Assembly: GCA_937992195.1 (NCBI GenBank)
Contig: CALKKV010000007.1
Span: 21,581 to 85,580, forward strand
Length of the DNA: 64,000 nucleotides
Origin: an uncultured Gammaproteobacteria bacterium
GTDB lineage: Bacteria > Pseudomonadota > Gammaproteobacteria > Arenicellales > Poriferihabitantaceae
Direction of reading: 5' to 3'
Positions 30,330 through 41,323 of this stretch are shown here, one piece after another; the stretch's first letter is position 1; each line of letters begins with the position of its first letter. The notes below the pieces were generated by a model. It searched no databases. It was not told where the DNA came from and worked only from the letters and a program-made list of their open reading frames with translations. The position numbers and the translations under genes are program-made.

Positions 30330-32027
30330 ATGGGCATCGTTTCCAATATCGCACAAAAGCGTGGTCACCCCGGTAGTGGGCGGAAAAAAACACGGGGGCA
30401 GCCAAAAGGACGTCAAGTTAACCCTCAGGCGCTCGAGCAAATGTCAGCATTGATCGGCACGCCAACCAGACGCGATCTGTTGATCGAATATCTACATCAA
30501 ATTCAGGATAAATTCGGACATCTTTCGTCAGATAATCTGACTGCTCTGGCAACCCACATGAAGCTGGCGTTGACCGAAGTTTACGAAGTGGCAACTTTTT
30601 ACGCCCACTTCGATGTCGTGCGAGATGAAGAGGTTCCTCCTCCAGCGGTAACAATTCGCGTTTGTGACAGCATTTCCTGTCAGCTGGCGGGTGCGGAACA
30701 ATTGATCACTGAGCTTGAAGCTGATGCAGGTAAGGATATCCGGGTTGTGCGCGCTCCCTGCATGGGGCGGTGTGATTTGGCACCAGTGGCTGAAGTGGGC
30801 CATAACCATGTTGAGCAGGTTACTGCTGAGAAAGCGCTTGCTGTGGCTAAGGCCGGTGATCTACATCCAACTATTCCCGATTACAAAAACTTGGAAGCTT
30901 ACGTGGCCGATGGCGGCTATGGCCTGCTTAAAGAATGTCTGGCTGGAAAAAGAACCCCCGAAGAAATTATCGAAGTACTGAATAATTCGTCACTTCAAGG
31001 TCTCGGAGGAGCGGGTTTTCCAACCGGTCGGAAATGGAGCATTGTGCGTGGATTTGATGGTCCTAGACTGATGGCGGTGAACGGCGATGAAGGTGAGCCC
31101 GGCACGTTTAAAGATCGGTTTTATATGGAGTCTGATCCACATCGATTTATTGAAGGAATGTTGATTGCAGCTTGGGTAGTTGGTATTGAAACTAGCTATG
31201 TATATATGCGTGACGAGTATCCAGCGGTTATTAAAATTCTCAAAACTGAGATTGATAAGGTGCAGGCTGCGGGCTTGGCCGACCATCTGAACATTGAGAT
31301 TCGACGTGGTGCCGGCGCCTATATCTGCGGTGAAGAATCTTCCATGATTGAGTCCATTGAAGGTAAGCGTGGTTTGCCGCGTAATAGACCGCCGTATGTA
31401 GCTGAAGTCGGTATATTTGGTAAGCCGACGTTGGTGAATAACCTGGAGACTTTGTTTTGGGTGCGAGATATCGTTGAAAAAGGCGCCGACTGGTTTGCAA
31501 ATTCTGGTTCCAACGGCCGCAAAGGTCTGCGCTCTTATTCGGTTTCAGGCAGAGTCAATAAGCCGGGTATGATCCTCGCTCCAGCGGGAACCACGGTCAA
31601 TGAACTAATAGAGAAGTACTGCGGCGGCATGGTTGGTGGTCATAGCTTTAAAGGCTATCTCCCGGGTGGTGCTTCCGGTGGAATTCTGCCGGCTCGGTTG
31701 GGTGACGTTCCGCTGGACTTTGGCACTTTGCAGGAGCACGGCTGTTTTATCGGTTCTGCAGCAGTGGTTATATTCAGCGATCAGGACAATATGAAAGACG
31801 TTGCGCTGAATCTAATGCGATTCTTCGAGGATGAAAGCTGCGGTCAATGTACGCCATGTCGCGTCGGAACGGAAAAAGCGGTGAAACTGATGGTGAAACC
31901 GGATTGGGATACCGGCTTGTTGACGGAACTCAGTCAGGTAATGACAGACGCATCGATTTGCGGTCTGGGGCAGGCGGCAGGGAATCCGATAAATTGTGTT
32001 CTGAAGTATTTTCCGGAGGATCTGTAA
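30330..32027 (+). CDS. NAD-dependent formate dehydrogenase diaphorase subunit (fused NuoE-like 2Fe-2S plus NuoF-like FMN/NAD/4Fe-4S modules)
   Basis: 565 aa. The NuoE-like part carries C..SC...C.GRC cysteines. The NuoF-like part has GLGGAGFPTGRKW, GDEGEPGTFKDR, YICGEESSMIESIEG and ESCGQCTPCR. The basic N-terminal extension is RGHPGSGRKKTRGQPKGRQ. The stop abuts the ATG of the catalytic subunit. Confidence 0.85.
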   Translation: MGIVSNIAQKRGHPGSGRKKTRGQPKGRQVNPQALEQMSALIGTPTRRDLLIEYLHQIQDKFGHLSSDNLTALATHMKLALTEVYEVATFYAHFDVVRDEEVPPPAVTIRVCDSISCQLAGAEQLITELEADAGKDIRVVRAPCMGRCDLAPVAEVGHNHVEQVTAEKALAVAKAGDLHPTIPDYKNLEAYVADGGYGLLKECLAGKRTPEEIIEVLNNSSLQGLGGAGFPTGRKWSIVRGFDGPRLMAVNGDEGEPGTFKDRFYMESDPHRFIEGMLIAAWVVGIETSYVYMRDEYPAVIKILKTEIDKVQAAGLADHLNIEIRRGAGAYICGEESSMIESIEGKRGLPRNRPPYVAEVGIFGKPTLVNNLETLFWVRDIVEKGADWFANSGSNGRKGLRSYSVSGRVNKPGMILAPAGTTVNELIEKYCGGMVGGHSFKGYLPGGASGGILPARLGDVPLDFGTLQEHGCFIGSAAVVIFSDQDNMKDVALNLMRFFEDESCGQCTPCRVGTEKAVKLMVKPDWDTGLLTELSQVMTDASICGLGQAAGNPINCVLKYFPEDL

Positions 32028-34772
32028 ATGAGCGACATGATTAAATTTACGCTTAATGGTAGCGAAGTCGAGGCAGCTCCAGGTCAAACCATTTGGCAGG
32101 TTGCCAAAGAGCATGAGGTGGAAATTCCCCATCTTTGTTACGCGCCAAAACCAGATTATCGTCCCGACGGTAACTGCAGAGCATGTATGGTGGAAATCGA
32201 AGGAGAGCGAGTTTTAGCCGCATCCTGTTTGCGCACTCCAACCGAAGGCATGAAAGTCACTACCGATAATCATCGGGCAAAGACAGCGCAAAAGATGGTG
32301 ATGGAGCTGCTAGTAGCAGATCAGCCGAAACGCGAAGTCGCTCATGAAAAGACATCGACACTTTGGCATTGGTCCGATCATCTTGAGGTAGACAGTAGCC
32401 GCTTTGAACCGCGGGTTGCTCACGCCAGCGATACCAGCCATCCTGCGATGCATGTTGCGCTGGATGCATGTATCCAATGTAACCTTTGTGTCCGTGCCTG
32501 CCGTGAGGTTCAGGTAAACGATGTGATTGGTATGGCCCATCGAGGTGCCGAAGCAAAAATCGTATTCGATTTTGATGATGCCATGGGAGCAAGTACGTGT
32601 GTCGCCTGTGGTGAATGCGTCCAGGCTTGTCCAACCGGCGCTTTGATGGAAGCAACGCGGGTTGATGAGAAGGGCGTGGACCGTGGTTTGGAAACAGAAA
32701 AAACCAATAGCGTTTGCCCATATTGCGGCGTTGGATGCCAGCTGACTTATGAAACCAAAGATAATTTGATCGTATCGGTGCAAGGAAGGGAAGGGCCAGC
32801 GAATAAAAACCGGCTTTGCGTTAAAGGCCGATTTGGATTTGACTATGTTAAGCATCCGCATCGTTTGACCAAGCCGTTAATTCGTCTTGAAAATGTTGAT
32901 AAGAAGGGTGATATAGACCTTGATCCCTCCAATCCGTTTACCCACTTTCGTGAAGCAACTTGGGAAGAGGCTTTGGATTTTGCTGGTGGAGGACTCAAGG
33001 AAATTCGTGATACCAAAGGCAGTTCAGCGTTGGCTGGATTTGGTTCAGCCAAGTGCTCTAACGAAGAAGCCTATATGTTCCAGAAACTGGTTCGGACCGG
33101 CTTTGGCACCAACAACGTCGATCACTGTACGCGACTTTGTCATGCGTCATCGGTAGCTGCTCTATTGGAAGGCGTCGGATCTGGTGCGGTATCTGCGCCA
33201 TTTAACGCGGTGAAAGACGCTGATTGCGTTATTGTAATTGGTGCTAACCCAGTCGAAAACCATCCTGTCGCCGCAACATTTTTTAAGCAGGCGGCTAAAG
33301 ACGGAACCTTGATTGTGATGGATCCGCGGGGTACTGCCCTGAAACGGCACGCAACCCATATGTTGCAATTTAAGCCTGGTGCTGATGTATCAATGCTCAA
33401 TGCGATCTTAAATGTGATTGTTACCGAGAACCTGGTTGATCAAGATTATGTTGCCAAGCATACAGAAGGCTATGAGAACCTGAAGTCGCATATCGCAGAA
33501 TTTACACCGGAAGCAATGGCGCCAATTTGTGGGATTGATGCAGATACACTGCGCACCGTCGCCCGCACCTTTGCGACATCCAAAGCCTCGATTATTTTTT
33601 GGGGAATGGGTGTTTCTCAGCATATTCACGGTACCGACAATGCAAGATGTTTAATCGCTCTTTCATTGATTACCGGACAGGTAGGCAGACCGGGAACCGG
33701 CTTGCATCCTCTTCGAGGGCAAAACAATGTGCAGGGTGCATCGGACGCCGGTTTGATTCCAATGATGCTGCCAGACTATCGTTTAGTGGATGTTGATAAT
33801 CTACGATCTAATTTTGAAGATGCATGGGGCACCAAGCTGGACCCAAATCGCGGTTTAACGGTGGTTGAGATCATGCATGCAATTCATGATGATGAAATCA
33901 GCGGTATGTATATCATGGGAGAAAATCCCGCGATGTCTGATCCGGATGTGCAGCACGCACGAGACGCTCTGGCTAAGCTGGAACATTTGGTGGTTCAGGA
34001 TTTGTTTCTAACCGAAACTGCTTTTTATGCTGACGTAATTTTGCCGGCATCTGCATGGCCTGAGAAAGATGGCACGGTGACCAATACCAATCGTCAGGTG
34101 CAGATGGGGAGAGCCGCTTTGGATTTACCCGGTGATGCAAGACAGGACTGGTGGATCACTCAGGAGCTCGCTCGAAGGTTGGATCTTGATTGGCATTACA
34201 ATCATCCTTCCGATGTGTTTGCCGAGATGAGCACTGTAATGCCCTCGCTGAATAATATTACCTGGGAGCGTTTGCAGCAAGAGAGCGCCGTTACCTATCC
34301 CTGTGACGCCATTGATCAGCCGGGTAATGATATTGTCTTTACTGATGGGTTTCCGACCGCTAGTAAAAAGGCCAAACTGGTTCCTGCGAAACTGATATCC
34401 CCTGATGAAGTACCAGACGATGAATATCCCTTGATACTCACGACAGGGCGTCAGCTAGAGCACTGGCACACTGGATCAATGACGCGTCGAAGCGATGTGC
34501 TGGATCAAATAGAGCCTGAGGCTGTTGCTGCGATATCTCCTGTAGCACTGCACAAATTGAATATTGCCGCCGGAGACAAAGTGAGAATATCAACGCGCAG
34601 AGGGGTGATTGAGTTAAAAGCCCGCGCCGATGGTGCGGTCCCTGAAGGCGTGGTGTTCATTCCGTTTTGCTATGCAGAAGCTGCAGCAAATACACTGACT
34701 AACTCGGCGTTGGATCCGGTTGGGAAAATACCGGAATTCAAGTTTTGTGCGGCGAAACTCGAAGCGGTTTAA
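32028..34772 (+). CDS. formate dehydrogenase catalytic (alpha) subunit, molybdopterin type, Cys variant
   Basis: 914 aa. It has an N-terminal 2Fe-2S (CRACMVEIEG), two 4Fe-4S ferredoxin motifs (CIQCNLCVRAC, CVACGECVQACP) and the MopB 4Fe-4S motif CPYCGVGCQL. The active-site region is DHCTRLCHASS with Cys at 33138-33140, not UGA. Confidence 0.92.
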   Translation: MSDMIKFTLNGSEVEAAPGQTIWQVAKEHEVEIPHLCYAPKPDYRPDGNCRACMVEIEGERVLAASCLRTPTEGMKVTTDNHRAKTAQKMVMELLVADQPKREVAHEKTSTLWHWSDHLEVDSSRFEPRVAHASDTSHPAMHVALDACIQCNLCVRACREVQVNDVIGMAHRGAEAKIVFDFDDAMGASTCVACGECVQACPTGALMEATRVDEKGVDRGLETEKTNSVCPYCGVGCQLTYETKDNLIVSVQGREGPANKNRLCVKGRFGFDYVKHPHRLTKPLIRLENVDKKGDIDLDPSNPFTHFREATWEEALDFAGGGLKEIRDTKGSSALAGFGSAKCSNEEAYMFQKLVRTGFGTNNVDHCTRLCHASSVAALLEGVGSGAVSAPFNAVKDADCVIVIGANPVENHPVAATFFKQAAKDGTLIVMDPRGTALKRHATHMLQFKPGADVSMLNAILNVIVTENLVDQDYVAKHTEGYENLKSHIAEFTPEAMAPICGIDADTLRTVARTFATSKASIIFWGMGVSQHIHGTDNARCLIALSLITGQVGRPGTGLHPLRGQNNVQGASDAGLIPMMLPDYRLVDVDNLRSNFEDAWGTKLDPNRGLTVVEIMHAIHDDEISGMYIMGENPAMSDPDVQHARDALAKLEHLVVQDLFLTETAFYADVILPASAWPEKDGTVTNTNRQVQMGRAALDLPGDARQDWWITQELARRLDLDWHYNHPSDVFAEMSTVMPSLNNITWERLQQESAVTYPCDAIDQPGNDIVFTDGFPTASKKAKLVPAKLISPDEVPDDEYPLILTTGRQLEHWHTGSMTRRSDVLDQIEPEAVAAISPVALHKLNIAAGDKVRISTRRGVIELKARADGAVPEGVVFIPFCYAEAAANTLTNSALDPVGKIPEFKFCAAKLEAV

Positions 34773-34794
34773 CGTTCGTTTGAAAATGGGAAAG

Positions 34795-34821
34795 AGCGCG
34801 ACAATGTTCGCGCTTTTTTTT
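34795..34821 (+). terminator. rho-independent terminator after the formate dehydrogenase operon
   Basis: AGCGCGA (34795-34801) pairs with TCGCGCT (34808-34814) around a 6-nt loop, followed by a T8 run. An A-rich run precedes it, so it may also serve the convergent gene ending at 34857. Confidence 0.8.
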
Positions 34822-34856
34822 GGTCTAAAGACCGTATTCTGCTTTGTTTGCAAGTT

Positions 34857-36077
34857 TTAGGGTGATATCTCGGTTGTTTTGATTACCAACTTCCCGTGCA
34901 ATGTGCGATGAACGGGGCAACGATCAGCAATCGTTAATAGTTTCTGACGTTGTTGTTCATCCATATCACCGCGTAAGGTGATTTCTCTTTCAATTATATC
35001 TACTTGAGAATGGGTTTCATCGCATTCGGAACAGTCGTCACCATGTTGTCGGTAGTGCTTCAGTTTCACGCTTGCCTGTTTTAATGGAATTTTCTTTCTT
35101 TCAGCATACATTCGTAACGTCATCGTAGTGCAACTGCCTAATGCGGCTAACAGTTGCTCATAGGGATCGGGGCCGAGATCGTTACCGCCAACAGAAAGCG
35201 GTTCATCAGCGAGCCAAAAATGGTGATCGGTGACAACGTTTTGCGTGAAGTTTTTGTTTTTCTCTGTAACCAGCACCTCGCCACTATTTACCCTTTCGCT
35301 TAATGGAGTGGTTTGATCGAGATTGGTCATAAGTCTGCTTGACCATGCGGAGATCACCTCTCCAACATATTGCGCATCATTTTTATTGGATAACAGATGA
35401 TCTGCTTGATCGAGACTGACGAAGCTCTTCGGGTGTTTCGCCGCACGATAGATTTTTTCAGCCTGATCGATAGAAACTACGGTGTCGACAGGGGAGTGCA
35501 TTACCAATAGTGCTTTATTCAAAAGCGGGATGTGATCGATAGACTGAGATTGAATATCGTCGAGGAACTGTTTTTTTATGGTGAACGGTCGCCCGGCCAG
35601 GTTGACCTTGGCTTCGCCACTTTTCTTGATCGTATCAATCTCGCAAAAAAACTGCTTGGCGACATGATCCGCTTCAGCCGGCGATCCTAGTGTAACGACA
35701 CCTTTGACCGATGAAATTTTTTCCGCAGCTTTCAATACAGCAGTGCCACCAAGACTATGGCCAATCAGAAGGCTAGGTGGTAACCAGTCGCTCTCCAAGT
35801 ACGCGGCTGCAGAAACAAGATCTTCCACATTGGAAGAAAAGTTAGTGTTTTCAAAGTCACCATCGCTGCTACCAAGTCCTGTGAAATCAAAACGCATAAC
35901 GGCAAAACCCTTTTGTACCAGAGCACGCGATATGCGAGAGGCGGAGGCAATATCTTTGCCGCAGGTGAAGCAGTGTGCAAAAAGTGCAAAGGCGGTTGGT
36001 TTTCCCAGTGGCAATTCGAGTAATCCCGCTAAGCGCGTACTGTGATGGCCTTGGAATTCGACTTTTTGTTTATTCAT
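34857..36077 (-). CDS. alpha/beta hydrolase - OsmC family fusion protein
   Basis: 406 aa. The N-terminal half has the nucleophile elbow GHSLGG and a late DH pair. The C-terminal roughly 140 aa carry OsmC/Ohr-like [13 protein letters not shown] and CPVHRTL. Confidence 0.8.
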   Translation of the reverse strand: MNKQKVEFQGHHSTRLAGLLELPLGKPTAFALFAHCFTCGKDIASASRISRALVQKGFAVMRFDFTGLGSSDGDFENTNFSSNVEDLVSAAAYLESDWLPPSLLIGHSLGGTAVLKAAEKISSVKGVVTLGSPAEADHVAKQFFCEIDTIKKSGEAKVNLAGRPFTIKKQFLDDIQSQSIDHIPLLNKALLVMHSPVDTVVSIDQAEKIYRAAKHPKSFVSLDQADHLLSNKNDAQYVGEVISAWSSRLMTNLDQTTPLSERVNSGEVLVTEKNKNFTQNVVTDHHFWLADEPLSVGGNDLGPDPYEQLLAALGSCTTMTLRMYAERKKIPLKQASVKLKHYRQHGDDCSECDETHSQVDIIEREITLRGDMDEQQRQKLLTIADRCPVHRTLHGKLVIKTTEISP

Positions 36078-36134
36078 GGTCTGTTTTGAGAGCGATACAT
36101 TAAAATCAGGTTTATATGAGAGTAATTCTAGTTA

Positions 36135-38969
36135 TCAGGTCTTTAATAATGGTTTTAAGTATTTGGCAGTATGCGAATTTTTCACTTTAGCAACTGCTTC
36201 GGGAGTGCCTGAAGCAACGACTTCACCACCGCCGTCACCGCCTTCCGGACCAATATCAATGATCCAGTCCGCGGTTTTTATAACGTCCAGATTGTGTTCA
36301 ATAACAATAATCGTGTTGCCATGGTCTCTTAACCGATGGAGAACCTTAAGCAGCTGACGAATATCATGGAAATGTAGGCCGGTAGTGGGTTCGTCAAGAA
36401 CATACAGGGTGCGACCAGTATCTCGCTTTGATAGTTCCCTGGCGAGCTTGATTCGCTGCGCTTCACCTCCGCTTAATGTGATCGCACTTTGCCCAAGGGT
36501 GATATAACCGAGGCCCACGTCTATTAAAGTATCGAGCTTTTTCTTTAGCACAGGAATCGCATCAAAAAATTGCACGGCTTCCTCGATTGTCATTCTTAAC
36601 ACATCGCTTATATTCTTCCCTTTAAACCGAACTTCCAGGGTTTCTCTGTTATAACGCTCTCCTTTACAAACATCACAAGCGACGTATACATCCGGTAGAA
36701 AATGCATCTCCACCCGTATCATGCCATCTCCCTGACAGGCTTCACAACGACCGCCCTTGACATTAAAAGAAAACCGACCGGGTTTGTATCCTCTGGCTCT
36801 CGCTTCCTGGGTATTGGTAAACAGTTCCCGTAAATGCGTGAACAAGCCAGTATAGGTGGCTGGATTCGAGCGAGGGGTTCGGCCAATGGGGCTCTGATCA
36901 ATCATAATGACTTTATCAAAGTGATCCAGGCCTTCGATATTCTCATAAGGCATCGGCTGCGCGCGCACAAGATTCAGTGCACGGGATACAGCAGGATATA
37001 GTGTTCCATTCACCAGGGTCGACTTGCCCGAGCCTGAAACACCTGTGACACAAGTTAACAGCCCAACCGGAATTTGCGCCTCGATCGATTTTAGGTTGTT
37101 GCCGGTAGCCCCAGTGATTGACATCATGCGATCAATATCTGCAGGTGTTCGTTTTTTCGGAACCAAGATCGATTCCTTACCGTTCAGATACTGAGCGGTT
37201 AGTGAGGTTTTATGCTTTAGTAGTTGTTTTGGAGTGCCCTCCGCTACGATTTTTCCACCGTGCTTGCCGGCTCCGGGCCCGATGTCAACAACGTAATCTG
37301 CATTGCGAATGGCGTCTTCGTCGTGCTCTACAACGATCACAGTATTACCGAGGTCGCGTAAATGAAAAAGGGTCTTTAATAACCTTTCATTATCTCTTTG
37401 ATGCAACCCAATAGAGGGTTCATCAAGAACATACATTACTCCTACCAGTCCGGAGCCAATTTGTGACGCTAGTCGAATTCGCTGTGCTTCGCCCCCTGAT
37501 AACGTTTCTGCCGCACGAGAGAGAGAAAGATAGTTCAGTCCAACGTTGATTAAAAAACCGAGTCTGGCATTGATCTCCATCAGGATCTTTTGCGCAATTT
37601 TGGCTCGCCAGCCCTTTAGTTTCATCTCTTCAAAAAACGCCATGGCACGTCCCACCGGCAGTGAAGTGATGTATTGAATTGGCTGCCCATCGATAAATAC
37701 GTTACGGGCAGCACGTCGCAGTCTGCTGCCTTCGCATGTCGAGCAAGTTGCGGTGTTCATACATTTGGCGAGTTCTTCTCTTGCAGAGCTCGATTCTGTT
37801 TCCCTATATCGGCGTTCGTAGTTATGGATTACACCCTCGAACGCGTGCTTTTTCTCGAACTTTCGGCCGGGTCTCACATAGACAAAGGAAATCTCTTCTT
37901 TTCCGCTACCGTACAACACAATGTTTTGTTGTTTCTTTGTGAGAGAGCTAAACGGAGTATCGACGTTAAAATTATAGTGATCAGCAAGACTTGTGAGCTG
38001 AGAAAAATAATAGGCGCTACGTCTGTCCCATCCGCGAATTGCGCCTGCCGCCAGGGAGCTGTCGGCATCCACAACAATGCGATTGGGGTCAAAGAACTGT
38101 CTAACCCCTAAACCATCACAATCGCTGCAAGCACCAGCGGGGTTGTTGAACGAAAATAAGCGTGGTTCCAGCTCGTTTAGGCTGTAACCACATTGTGAGC
38201 AGGCAAATTTACTTGAGAAAAGTACGGATTCAGTAATGTTCCGTTGATCGTCGAGAAATGCTATCTTTGCCGTTCCATCGGTGAGCGCCAACGCGGTCTC
38301 AAAGGATTCGGCCAATCGCTGTTGGTTATCTGGTTTTACCACTACGCGATCAATAATGACCTCTATGGAATGCTTGTAGCGTTTGTCCAGTTTGGGAGGG
38401 GTATCCAGTTCGACAGTTTTGCCATCTATCTGGGCACGGATATAACCCTGAGAGTGTAATTCTCCCAGCAGCTGCTGAAACTCGCCTTTCCTGTCATTTA
38501 CCACGGGTGCCAGGAGCATTAATCTGGTTCCCTCCGGCTGTTCCATCACCAAATCTACCATTTGGCTGACGGTTTGTGCTTCTAAAATGGTGCCATGATC
38601 TGGACAGCGAGGTTCGCCTATCCGAGCATAAAGTAGTCGAAGATAATCGTATATTTCGGTTACCGTTCCCACTGTCGACCGGGGATTATGAGAAGAGGAT
38701 TTCTGTTCTATGCTGATAGCGGGGGAAAGGCCTTCAATCAGATCAACCTCCGGCTTCTCCATCATGGAGAGAAATTGCCGCGCATAAGTTGACAAGGATT
38801 CAACATATCGTCTCTGACCTTCGGCATAAATCGTGTCGAAAGCCAATGATGATTTTCCGGAGCCCGATAGACCGGTAATAACAATCAGTTTATCTCTTGG
38901 AAGTTCGAGGTTAACGTCTTTCAGATTGTGGGTGCGGGCGCCCCGTATGAGAATATTTTCAGTGCTCAC
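36135..38969 (-). CDS. uvrA: excinuclease ABC subunit UvrA
   Basis: 944 aa. [10 protein letters not shown], two ABC modules ([23 protein letters not shown]), LSGGEAQRI twice, and zinc-finger cysteines. Confidence 0.98.
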   Translation of the reverse strand: MSTENILIRGARTHNLKDVNLELPRDKLIVITGLSGSGKSSLAFDTIYAEGQRRYVESLSTYARQFLSMMEKPEVDLIEGLSPAISIEQKSSSHNPRSTVGTVTEIYDYLRLLYARIGEPRCPDHGTILEAQTVSQMVDLVMEQPEGTRLMLLAPVVNDRKGEFQQLLGELHSQGYIRAQIDGKTVELDTPPKLDKRYKHSIEVIIDRVVVKPDNQQRLAESFETALALTDGTAKIAFLDDQRNITESVLFSSKFACSQCGYSLNELEPRLFSFNNPAGACSDCDGLGVRQFFDPNRIVVDADSSLAAGAIRGWDRRSAYYFSQLTSLADHYNFNVDTPFSSLTKKQQNIVLYGSGKEEISFVYVRPGRKFEKKHAFEGVIHNYERRYRETESSSAREELAKCMNTATCSTCEGSRLRRAARNVFIDGQPIQYITSLPVGRAMAFFEEMKLKGWRAKIAQKILMEINARLGFLINVGLNYLSLSRAAETLSGGEAQRIRLASQIGSGLVGVMYVLDEPSIGLHQRDNERLLKTLFHLRDLGNTVIVVEHDEDAIRNADYVVDIGPGAGKHGGKIVAEGTPKQLLKHKTSLTAQYLNGKESILVPKKRTPADIDRMMSITGATGNNLKSIEAQIPVGLLTCVTGVSGSGKSTLVNGTLYPAVSRALNLVRAQPMPYENIEGLDHFDKVIMIDQSPIGRTPRSNPATYTGLFTHLRELFTNTQEARARGYKPGRFSFNVKGGRCEACQGDGMIRVEMHFLPDVYVACDVCKGERYNRETLEVRFKGKNISDVLRMTIEEAVQFFDAIPVLKKKLDTLIDVGLGYITLGQSAITLSGGEAQRIKLARELSKRDTGRTLYVLDEPTTGLHFHDIRQLLKVLHRLRDHGNTIIVIEHNLDVIKTADWIIDIGPEGGDGGGEVVASGTPEAVAKVKNSHTAKYLKPLLKT

Positions 38970-39044
38970 GTAAGATTTGGAGAAGGCAAAACAAAACCTG
39001 ATACTATACGCGCCACTTCAGTTTAGAGCCAATATTTATTCCCC

Positions 39045-40442
39045 TTGTCTATCTCCTCGAATAAGATGAATAGTGCCGAGCGTCGCGCTGTTCTAGCACT
39101 TAGTACAATTTCGTCGTTAAGGATATTTGGCCTGTTTTTGCTGTTACCTGTGCTGTCGATTTATGCGGCGCGTTATCCTGACAGTACACCATTCACGATT
39201 GGACTGGCGATGGGGATTTATGGCCTAACCCAAGCAGTATTGCAGATACCCTTTGGGCTACTTTCTGATCGCATCGGGCGGAAACCAGTAATTACCGCTG
39301 GGCTGGTTATATTTGCGATAGGAAGCGTGATCGCGGCGCTTTCAACCAGTCTTGAATGGTTGATTGTAGGTCGAGCAATACAGGGTGGGGGTGCCGTATC
39401 GGCCGCTGTTCTCGCACTGGTAGCGGATCTGACCCGGGAAGAACAACGCGGTAAATCAATGGCCATCATTGGAATGGGGATTGGGTCGATGTTTTTACTC
39501 TCAATTTCCGTGGCTACCCCGTTGGCAAACGTTTTCGGTGTAGAAGGGTTGTTTTGGCTAACTGCGATTAGCGCTGTGCTTGCAATTGCTATTTTGCATC
39601 TTGCTGTACCAACACCTGATTCGACACTACTCCATCGTGACGTGGCTCCCGTGTGGAACCAAGTGAAAGATGTTCTTTTGGACAAACAATTGCTTCGTCT
39701 GGATCTAGGGATATTTGTATTACATTTCACAATGACCGCGGTCTTTGTGGTTTTACCCGCGGAGCTTGTTCGAATTGGCGAGTTACCACTGGTCGCACAC
39801 TGGAAAGTGTATTTGCCTGTTGTTTTGTTGTCTGTAATTGGAATGTCACCGCTCGTGATGCTCACTTCGAGGACCCATTTTAACTATCGTATTTTGAAGG
39901 TTGCCAGTTTGATTGTGCTGCTTTCGCTAATTGGATTAGCCATCGCCACCGCAGGGGAGGGGCGATATGGTGTTTTGTTGTTTGCCTTGTGGTTATATTT
40001 TGTTGGCTTTAACGTGTTGGAAGCGATGTTTCCGTCTCTTGTTTCCAGAGTTGCTCCGGCGGCGAGTAAGGGTAGTGCCAGTGGTGTCTATAACAGTATC
40101 CAGTTTTTTGGAATTTTTACCGGTGGTGTCGGAGGCGGTCTTGTTGCCCAATATTTTGGATCTTCAGGGCTATTTTGGTTTGTGGGAACTGTCATGTTCG
40201 GCTGGCTGGTATCCTGCCAATTGCTGACACCCTTTAAATTAGCTTCTTCCAGAGTGATTAATCTGGGGTCAGAGAGCGGAGAAATACTATCAGATTCGCA
40301 TAGAGCGTCTCTGATTGATAAACTACGCAATGTCAGAGGTGTACAGGAAGTCACCGTCCTTGATGGTGAGCAGATTGCTTACTTAAAGGTAGACGACAAG
40401 GAACTGGACACTGATGCACTTTTTCAACTTAAAACGACCTAA
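39045..40442 (+). CDS. MFS transporter with a small C-terminal cytoplasmic extension
   Basis: 465 aa with 12 predicted TM helices and the MFS loop motif GLLSDRIGRKP. It sits between uvrA and ssb, as I recall for pseudomonads. The track uses a TTG start; ATG at 39066 is an alternative. Confidence 0.85.
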   Translation: MSISSNKMNSAERRAVLALSTISSLRIFGLFLLLPVLSIYAARYPDSTPFTIGLAMGIYGLTQAVLQIPFGLLSDRIGRKPVITAGLVIFAIGSVIAALSTSLEWLIVGRAIQGGGAVSAAVLALVADLTREEQRGKSMAIIGMGIGSMFLLSISVATPLANVFGVEGLFWLTAISAVLAIAILHLAVPTPDSTLLHRDVAPVWNQVKDVLLDKQLLRLDLGIFVLHFTMTAVFVVLPAELVRIGELPLVAHWKVYLPVVLLSVIGMSPLVMLTSRTHFNYRILKVASLIVLLSLIGLAIATAGEGRYGVLLFALWLYFVGFNVLEAMFPSLVSRVAPAASKGSASGVYNSIQFFGIFTGGVGGGLVAQYFGSSGLFWFVGTVMFGWLVSCQLLTPFKLASSRVINLGSESGEILSDSHRASLIDKLRNVRGVQEVTVLDGEQIAYLKVDDKELDTDALFQLKTT

Positions 40443-40454
40443 GGAGGTCAAATA

Positions 40455-40943
40455 ATGGCTCGAGGTATCAATAAGGTTATCTTGGTGGGTAACCTTGGAC
40501 GTGATCCAGAAATGCGTTACACCCCTAGCGGTTCCGCCGTGGCAAATCTCGCATTAGCAACCAGTGAATCATGGAAAGACAAGCAGACTGGTGAAAATCA
40601 AGAACGCACAGAATGGCATCGAATTGTGATGTTTAATCGGCTAGCCGAAATTGCCGGGGAGTATCTGAAGAAAGGCTCCAAGGTGTATATTGAAGGCAAA
40701 CTGCAGACGCGCAAGTGGCAAGACAAAGAAGGTCAGGACCGCTACACCACCGAGATTGTTGGCAATGAAATGCAAATGTTAGACAGTCGCGGCGGTGGCG
40801 GAGGAATGAGCGGTGGAATGGATAATTTTGATCAATCTGCACCTACTCAGCAGCGTCAGCAAGCATCAACGGCGGCAGCGACACCCCAGGTCGCGCAACA
40901 AAAAGGTGCTTTTGATGATTTTGATGATGATATTCCGTTCTAG
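40455..40943 (+). CDS. ssb: single-stranded DNA-binding protein
   Basis: 162 aa. [32 protein letters not shown], a Gly/Gln-rich linker and the acidic tail DFDDDIPF. Confidence 0.97.
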   Translation: MARGINKVILVGNLGRDPEMRYTPSGSAVANLALATSESWKDKQTGENQERTEWHRIVMFNRLAEIAGEYLKKGSKVYIEGKLQTRKWQDKEGQDRYTTEIVGNEMQMLDSRGGGGGMSGGMDNFDQSAPTQQRQQASTAAATPQVAQQKGAFDDFDDDIPF

Positions 40944-40974
40944 ATCTGGTTCATATTTATTCCTGAATACTTGC

Positions 40975-40996
40975 AGGGGCTGCAATAAGCCCCTTT
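40975..40996 (+). terminator. stem-loop after ssb
   Basis: AGGGGC (40975-40980) pairs with GCCCCT (40989-40994) around an 8-nt loop, followed by TTTAAT. Confidence 0.45.
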
Positions 40997-40998
40997 AA

Positions 40999-41026
40999 TC
41001 AGGAGTTTAGTCAGGAGTTTAGTCAC
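40999..41026. repeat. 12-bp tandem duplication TCAGGAGTTTAG x2 plus a partial third copy
   Basis: Read directly: tcaggagtttag tcaggagtttag tcac. Confidence 0.8.
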
Positions 41027-41323
41027 TCGGTATCTACTTAACTTACCTTGACTTGGTTGTTTTATATTTTTACGAAATTTTCAAAAATATAATAAAAAAC
41101 AATGGGTAAGGTTTTTTGAAATAGCTATTTATATCTTGTACTCCACCATTGTAGAGTGATGTGGGTGGTTTGATAAGTTAAATCGCAAGCGGCGAATCCT
41201 CCTGCTTCACGATGAACTTTAAGTGGGCACATTACTCTACAGCCTACTAACCAAACCTTTCTGGTTTTCAACAGATTGGGCACATATTTATTGCATTGCT
41301 AACTGCTTCCGGAACCCTAAATA

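Noticed and set aside
32310-32861. 183-aa and 153-aa ORFs antisense to the formate dehydrogenase alpha subunit gene
   Set aside because: They are shadow ORFs within a gene whose Fe-S cysteine motifs are all in the plus-strand frame.
33138-33140. Possible selenocysteine (in-frame UGA) in the formate dehydrogenase active site
   Set aside because: The codon is TGT (Cys) in DHCTRLCHASS and the ORF is uninterrupted. There is no need for a SECIS element.
38970-39044. Expected LexA (SOS) box in the uvrA / MFS-ssb divergent region
   Set aside because: I looked for CTGT-N8-ACAG on both strands and found only CTGATACTATACGCG, which lacks the second half-site. No SOS box is claimed.
39218-39865. 215-aa ORF antisense to the MFS transporter gene
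   Set aside because: It is a shadow ORF. The plus-strand frame encodes 12 TM helices with an MFS signature loop.
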